Made by a program: the position numbers and the translations under genes. From Octopus vulgaris (Eukaryota): a DNA stretch of 64,000 nucleotides. This document shows positions 57,201-64,000 of this stretch, in pieces; position 1 is the stretch's first letter, and every line of letters begins with the position of its first letter. The notes beneath the pieces are model-generated. The model was not told the origin of the DNA. It worked only from the letters and a program-made list of their open reading frames with translations, and did no database searches. Location of the stretch: positions 101,618,001 through 101,682,000 of the forward strand of contig OX597817.1 of the NCBI GenBank assembly GCA_951406725.2, read 5' to 3'.

Positions 57201-60200
57201 GAATTTCTAACCTATTTCAGTGAAATTAAATGCTAGATAAAGGAAACATGTCCATCATGACTTAGTAATCATTGCAGTCTAGAATATTTAAATATATCCG
57301 AACTTCCGCTTATATTTTGTGGGAAACATTGCAAATTATAACCAGTTTTGTTTGTGACGTCATTGAAAACCTAAATGGTAAGTGCAAGGACTTCAAATAA
57401 CGCTATGCTGTAAACCTAGTGTGTGAAGTGGTTTTAAGTGAGACAGATGATGTATATAAAAGTATTTAAGAAATAATTTACAAATCTAAAGAGAGAATAA
57501 TATTATGGAAGTTTAACCTATATAAAGAGAAATTCATTATTTACTATTTGAAAGATGTAAAACTATACAACTACAACTTACGTTTCATTGGCATACTAAA
57601 GGCTGAGACCTGGAAGAAGAAAAAGAAAAACAGACGTCAATTTTAATACAGAAACTTAAAAAGCTTATCGGTCAATTATTCATTTATTTTGTTTATAAAT
57701 TTGTGTCTATATACTCTGAGATGAGATAATCCAAAGTTCATTCTAACTGACTTCTTACTGTGGAAAGGAAAGCGTAAAGGATAATAAAAATATATTCCAT
57801 AGATGATATTTTGCTTAAAATAGTCTAACATTTGTATCACGAGTAAGTTCTGAATTAAAAATTATTATAAAAGAAAGGCTGGATATTTTACTGGACCAAA
57901 CATTATGAGAGACACACGGATTAAGATTTTAGGTGGTTAGTATATTCTAATCAGTAGTTTATTTCTGAAAACGTGACATGATAAAGCTCAGCAGCGTTGA
58001 GACAGCATATCTAACAATTTTAACAGTATATTCGGCTATGTTAGGCGAATTATTGGTGTAGAACGGAATTTTTAACTACCAATGAAATAACACTGAATAA
58101 ATATAGACATTATGTAGAGACAGTATGAGCTAATCTCTGGGAGATTATTGATCCTTATTTAGAAAATAAGAAAATTTACAGTATGAGCTAATCTCCGAGA
58201 AATTTATTTTCAAAAATTGTAGCTATCTGAATATTTTAACTTCCTGCTATATGCGTCCAAAGTAAGAGGTTTTCTGCTGCAATCTCACTTTTCTGATAAA
58301 AATCGTATTATCTGATTCGTACGAAATGATCCCTTTTCTCCGCATAGATATTGTAGCTGACTAAAATAAATAATTTGATATCAATACATCGAATGATTTA
58401 CTAAGTGTAACACTCTTCCCTTGACACTAAATCTTAAGAAAATTTAAGAGGAAATACTTATGAACGCGTTTTACATTAAAAAAAAAAGATATGTCTGTAT
58501 TTGTCAATTCTTTTATATTCTTTCCAGTATAGGTTAACGTGGAATGGTTGTTTCTTCAAATATGTAAATATGTCTAACGAAATTTATAAAAATTTTTGAT
58601 GAACATTGAGAAAAACATTTGAGAAAAGGTAAACATTTAGCAGTATCAATGACAATTTCCTGATCCATCGTATTCTTGAGGTTAATAGCATAAGAATGTT
58701 AACTTCGAATAATATGAGAAATATAGTCGCTTATCCACTTTTCAATGGTTTCTCTCATGTTATTCAGGTCCATTCTATCACCTAATAAACTGTTTGATTC
58801 GGGTCTCTCTCCCACTCTCTCTGTTGGCCTTTCTCTACTCTCTTACGCACATTCTCTCTTTCACATTCTCTTTCCTTTCATTATGTTCTTTTCAATGCAT
58901 AAATTTTGCTCACTCGAAGAGAACCTTCTTAAAATATTATAATTTCTCATGATCTAATTTCATAGGTTTTAAAACAATGAACATACACAGCGTTGAAGAA
59001 AGGATTAAGATTAATTCTGCTAATAGGGCTTGATTGGAAATTGGTGAACTACCAATGTGTTTACATTAGTTAATAGGATTCTGATTTTATATTACAATAT
59101 ATGATCTGGAATATTTTCTTTCCTCCGATAAATTCACTGCTGAAAAGAAAATCCATAGACATTTATGCCTGAATCAGTGCAGACAACTGTATTTCATTTA
59201 CGTTTTTAGATTCGGCGAATTCTGCAAAATATAGAATATTGTCCGAGAAAATTAGACTAGTTTTGCGTAACAAAAACAATCCACTTATAAACTTCCCTAA
59301 GGGGAATTATGTGCTTGAGAAAAGGTTGAAATATTACAAATCAAAAAGATAAAATATTTTAAACCAAGATTACGCTTAAATGTCATGGAGTAATGTTCAT
59401 GTGGTTTCTAGTATGAAATCCATATGAAAAATTTATCTTTAAAATTTTATAGTAAATAGTAATCAATCAAGTGTTGAAGTGAAAATGTGGATGAATTATG
59501 TGTTCTCGATATAAGTTCAGAAGCAGACAACTTAGATATCTCAGGGTTAGATCAAACTTAGTATATTGTGCTTACTTATTTTAACGCCCTAAAAGTATTC
59601 AAACGTGATTGTAAATCGGAATTTAGAGCGACATAAAATACTGTAAAACATTGTCTAGTGCAGATGTTCTCGATCAGGTTCCATATGAACGTTGGTGGTC
59701 CAGATAAGATTTGGGCCCATGCTAGCAAAATAGTAAATTAGGGCCCCACAGAAGTATTTTAAGGGTCCATGAAATGTTCTCATCTAAATATATGTATGGC
59801 AAGAAACAGCTACGTATCTTTCGCTAACATTTTACATAATTCAATCTATATAAGTAAATGAGTGGATAACAAAACAGGAATTTTGAAAGATGTGTCTTTA
59901 AAATTAGTTATTAAACATCGAATGGATATGGGGCAGGGATAAGCCACCAAAGGGGTCCATAGATTAAAAAAATGATTGAGAACTACTAGTCAAGTGCTTC
60001 CGTATTTCACCCCTCGATGAGTGGATCTAGCCTGTCAAAGATCATATAATCTCCTATGTGTTGTATAACACAGATAGCCGTCATTTAAATGTTGTCAAAC
60101 ATTAAAGATCACACATTTTTTTTTATTTATATCATGTATCAGAAATTGACATATTCCGTTAATTCTTTCATGTCCTCAAAAAATTCTCATAATATATATA

Positions 60201-60642
60201 TCAGGTAGTTAATTTCACTTTGAGGTAGCTATTCTTCGAAACATAATATGACTTAGTTGAATATAAAACTGTTTTTCGGTACAGTCATACGTTACAGATA
60301 GTTTATATTTGATTCCAAGTGACTGATAGCATTACAGAGCTGGTCATAGAGGTATTCAAATGGTTTTACACGGCTTGATTAAAGATACAGCTCTCGAAAC
60401 AGAATGTCTTGTATCTGAAGAATTGATACAGGGCAATATCATGCATGTCTTTGTTATATCTTGGATCAGAAATTGACACTTTTCAGTTGCTGCATCACTT
60501 TTACTGAATACCATAGCTCCAAATATTTCATAATATAAATGGGTATATGTCTAGCACTTCAGGAGAAATGTCCGTCACTGAAACAAAATATTATGTACCA
60601 TATGCTACGGCGTGTCTATACCTACATGTGTGAAACTACACG

Positions 60643-60681
<39 letters not shown>

Positions 60682-61523
60682 ACACGCACACACACACGCA
60701 CACACACACACACACACACACATATGTATAAATATATATATATATAGTGGCTGTCTACTCCTTATGAAGAGACTGATCACCTCCTATACCTACACCTTAA
60801 AATCATCATGGCATCTGATGTGGCTTTTTAAACCAATGTTTTGAAAAGACACCCACATAGATTGCATATCCGATTTGGATCACCAAGAGCTACAGTTAAG
60901 TTCTGATCTTTGTGGATCTTACAATGTCTTTTGAGGCCTCCGTTAGATTTGCAGACCTTATGGCATACATGGCATTGAAAGGTGTGCACAGACATATAGG
61001 CAGAATAGTTGGTGTATTAATATATATCTATATATATGTGAATACACATACATGCATATATATTATATATATACATATATATATATGAATAAATAGATGT
61101 ATGTATATATAAATATATACATGTATATATAAATATATACATATATATATAAATATATACATATATATATATTTATATATATATATATATGTATATGCAT
61201 GTATATATTTGTTTGTGTGTGTTGTGTTGTGTTGTGTGGTGGGGGTGTATAAAATACTTTTATTTTCGAATATATTTCTACTATTTTTGGTATTGTTCTA
61301 AAGCATTACTCCAGTTATGTCTTTTCGAGATAACATCACTATCTGACAACAGAAGAATCGTGATGCCCACCTGGTTGTCTCTGACACTGTGCCCATGCAA
61401 TTAGGACCACGCATACTTTCAATCAATATCGATTATTTACATGTTAACAATGTTATCAATTTCTTACATTAAATCATGTACATGTACATATAACGTGGAT
61501 CATAAAATATGTATGTGTATATA

Positions 61524-61588
<65 letters not shown>

Positions 61589-61986
61589 ACAGACAGACAT
61601 ACATACATGCATATATATATAAATATATATACATATATATATATATGCATATATATATAGATACATACACACATATACATATATATTTACATGTTTAAAC
61701 GTGTATATGCATACATACATACATATATATATATGAGTGTGTATTTGTATGTATGTATGTATGCATGCATGTATGTATGTATGTATGTATGTATGTATGT
61801 ATGTATGTATGTATGTATGTATGTATGTATGTATGTATGTATGAATGTATGTATATAAATGTAATGAACATCGCTGATGAAAGTAAGAAATAATTGAATG
61901 GAAGTAATATAGTTAGAAATATAATAAAATCGAAATTCATTACATACCAACATCAGGCAGAAAACTACAATGGTTTGGCAAAGCAT
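46743..61986 (-). CDS. Spliced gene, join(complement 61948-61986, 57582-57609, 54859-55422, 53292-53531, 46743-47293): 473-aa secreted protein with two VWA domains and a Thr/Pro linker (matrilin/collagen VI-like VWA family)
   Basis: Exon lengths 39+28+564+240+551=1422 nt, one open frame. Donors are GTATGT, GTAAGT, GTGAGT, GTAAGT; acceptors are pyrimidine tract + AG; intron phases 0,1,1,1 are compatible. Confidence 0.9.
50116..50650 (+). mobile_element. tRNA-derived SINE in intron 4, interrupted by a 142-bp foreign insert
   Basis: Head gcgcaggagtggctgtgtggtaag..ggttcagttcc, internal TG repeat, 3' gtcaaatgactgaaacaagtaaaaga shared with other copies in the window. Confidence 0.85.
50836..50892 (-). 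ncRNA. Mutated hammerhead ribozyme in intron 4
   Basis: ttatg-tcGATGA-agga..tcca-GAAAC-gtac-GTC-tataa; the CUGA box is altered. Confidence 0.5.
51796..52819. mobile_element. Non-autonomous TIR transposon (Merlin-like) carrying telomeric repeats
   Basis: TIRs of about 225-270 bp starting GGATCTTT and ending AAAGATCC; exact 8-bp TSD ttaatgtg at 51788-51795 and 52820-52827. Confidence 0.85.
52372..52524. repeat. Interstitial telomeric-type repeat (CCCTAA)n with CCCTAAAA/CCCGAAAA variants
   Basis: Direct reading of the sequence. Confidence 0.9.
53292..53531 (-). CDS. Exon 4: Thr/Pro-rich mucin-like linker (PKPTTTTT repeats) ending IPRLQRDDQ
   Basis: 240-nt phase 1-1 exon with cag acceptor and gtaagt donor; ORF track 53284-53541. 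Confidence 0.88.
54859..55422 (-). CDS. Exon 3: VWA domain 1 with intact MIDAS
   Basis: [20 protein letters not shown] (DxSxS), [43 protein letters not shown], flanking Cys pair; tag acceptor and gtgagt donor. Confidence 0.95.
56685..56754. repeat. 31-bp-stem hairpin in intron 2
   Basis: gtgactcaagggccgaaagtttcgtgcgttg - ataagtgc - caacgtacaaaactctcggcctttgagtcac. Confidence 0.85.
57038..57248. repeat. Short local tandem duplication (period about 87 bp)
   Basis: gtaggcaggggaatttctaacctat..gaaattaaatgctagataaaggaa occurs twice. Confidence 0.8.
57582..57609 (-). CDS. Exon 2 (28-nt micro-exon): VSAFSMPMK, completes the signal peptide
   Basis: Strong acceptor ttttctttttcttcttccag and donor gtaagt. 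The joined N-terminus [20 protein letters not shown] has an A-x-S cleavage pattern. Confidence 0.85.
59661..59988. mobile_element. hAT (Charlie-like) MITE in intron 1
   Basis: Ends cagatgttctcgatc / gattgagaactacta; TSD gtctagtg/gtcaagtg. Confidence 0.6.
61948..61986 (-). CDS. Exon 1 (coding part): [13 protein letters not shown], signal peptide core
   Basis: ATG at 61986, hydrophobic stretch, donor GTATGT at 61947-61942 (phase 0), which joins in frame with exon 2. Confidence 0.8.
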
Positions 61987-62100
61987 GATGAAATTTCTTA
62001 CGATAGTGACCGTCTATATAATAAAGAGTTGCTTCTCGCTGATTAGCACTAACCTGTGTGCTTAGAACGATCCAATTTAATATTGAGTGAAAACGATCAT

Positions 62101-62112
62101 CTTTATATATAT
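62101..62112 (-). promoter_or_regulatory. Possible TATA box upstream of exon 1
   Basis: TATATATAAAG on the minus strand about 115 nt upstream of the ATG. The AT-rich context weakens the call. Confidence 0.3.
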
Positions 62113-62659
62113 AGCTATAATCATGTTGACAAGTGGCCAACTAAACTACTTCCAGTTATTACGTAGGAAGCATCCCAAATATGGCATTATATTACCGGTA
62201 CGCCATTCTACTTTTTAGGGTATCCCCCATCTGCAAATCATAACAGGATTAACTTCTCTTTCTTTAGCCCACGTCCTGTACACTCGTTTAAAACGTTTTA
62301 CATATTTCTGGGTAAATTATAAATAAGTAGGCTTCTTTTTTAATTTTTCAAAGTAGGAGGGTGTAGTTATTTTGAAGGCGTTACTTCATTCGTGTAATTT
62401 TATTGTTATGACATCAGAGACAGATTCACTCCTAAGAATGTCGTTATCTGTTCGGCTTTATCTTCTTTTTTAAGGGTCTCTGCTATGTCATTTAGAAATA
62501 ATACGCACATATTCATGCATAGAAACATTACAGCACACTCAGAGAAACACGTGCACACACACATACACACACAAGCACGTGTACACACAGACACCCACAG
62601 ACACACATACACACGCGCGCGCACAGAGGCATGTTCATATTTTGATAAATATATGTGTA

Positions 62660-62770
<111 letters not shown>

Positions 62771-62871
62771 TTATTTTATTTTATTTTATTTTATCTAGTT
62801 TCAGCTCACGAGCTGTGGCCATGCTGGGGCACCGTCATTTATAGGAGGATTGAGTCTTTTTTATATGTATG

Positions 62872-62982
<111 letters not shown>

Positions 62983-64000
62983 GATATAAAAAAATAGATA
63001 GATAGATAGATAAACAGATAGAGAGAGAGAGAGAGATGATAGACACACACAAATATGTATATATATATGTATGTATGTACATATATATGTATATAGTACG
63101 TGTGTGTATGTATATATATATATATATATATGTATATACATAAATACATACATACATACATGTGTGTGTATGCGTGTGTGAGTGCGTGCATGCGTGCGTA
63201 CGTTTGTGTGTATGTATGTGTGTTAACTTTTGACAAAGCTAAAAGTTTTTCATTATAGCTATACGCTTTCTAATGTCATTTATTTGTAGAGGAAAGAGAA
63301 GAAAAATATATTCTATTCCAAATCGGAAGACGAAGGAATCAGAATAAAAAGACAAAAAACGCATAAGTTGTTACGGGAGAAAATATCAAAGCCCGTACAC
63401 TGTGATTTGATTTATTTCTTCATTTTTGGTCTACTCTATCTATTCAACTTTCTTCATCCCTAGTCTAAAAATAAATTTCGTTTACAAACGTGTGGTTATT
63501 CCTAAATATCTTAGCAGAATATTTTGGATTGTCAATTCTTTACTAGCCCTCGCCCACGAAATTCTAGTCGTACTGCTTTACATCGACATTTTTATTAATT
63601 CAGAATGAAAAACGGCAAAACGTGCTCCGAAATTCTAGTTAAAGAGATAAACAGCTCTTCTACTTCAATACCCGCGTCAACGCATACATACATACATACA
63701 TAGATACATACATACATACATACATACATACATACATACATACATACATACATACATACATGCATACATATATGCATGTATCTGTGTATGTATTCTTTTA
63801 TGCGTTTCAGCCCAAAGGCTGTGGCTATGCTGGAGCACCGCTAGTGTTCTCCAACATAGCCTATTCAATGGCCATTTTAATACGACTGACTTTTGGTGCA
63901 GGAGGGATCCTGACATTGCTGCCCTCACTTAAGTTTTTTGACGCGACGTATATATGTACACACATACACACATATACGTATGTACGCATTTTATGTATTT

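Overview
AT-rich, microsatellite-saturated animal genomic DNA. The SINE families, Dong/RTE/Penelope content and (TA)n/(TAA)n/(TACA)n density suggest an octopus or other cephalopod; this is an inference from repeat recognition, not a search. There is one well-supported protein-coding gene on the minus strand: 5 coding exons, 61986->46743, 473 aa, all GT-AG and phase-consistent. It encodes a secreted protein with a signal peptide, a VWA domain with intact MIDAS, a Thr/Pro mucin-like linker, an RxxR motif and a degenerate second VWA domain. The rest is mostly decayed mobile DNA: Dong/R4-type RLE LINEs in (TAA)n arrays, CR1/L2 and RTE LINEs, Penelope-like remnants, Tc1/mariner elements (DD34E-type, DD37D, DD41D, mariner), Helitrons, hAT and Merlin-like MITEs, and tRNA-derived SINEs. 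Most notable signals: (i) a dispersed set of type-I hammerhead ribozyme motifs in unrelated short elements, several with intact cores; (ii) an inverted 142-bp copy of the gene's own putative 3' end inside its last intron; (iii) a TIR element carrying telomeric repeats; (iv) a strong minus-strand bias of retroelements; (v) many fold-back structures. All coordinates and folds were read by eye.
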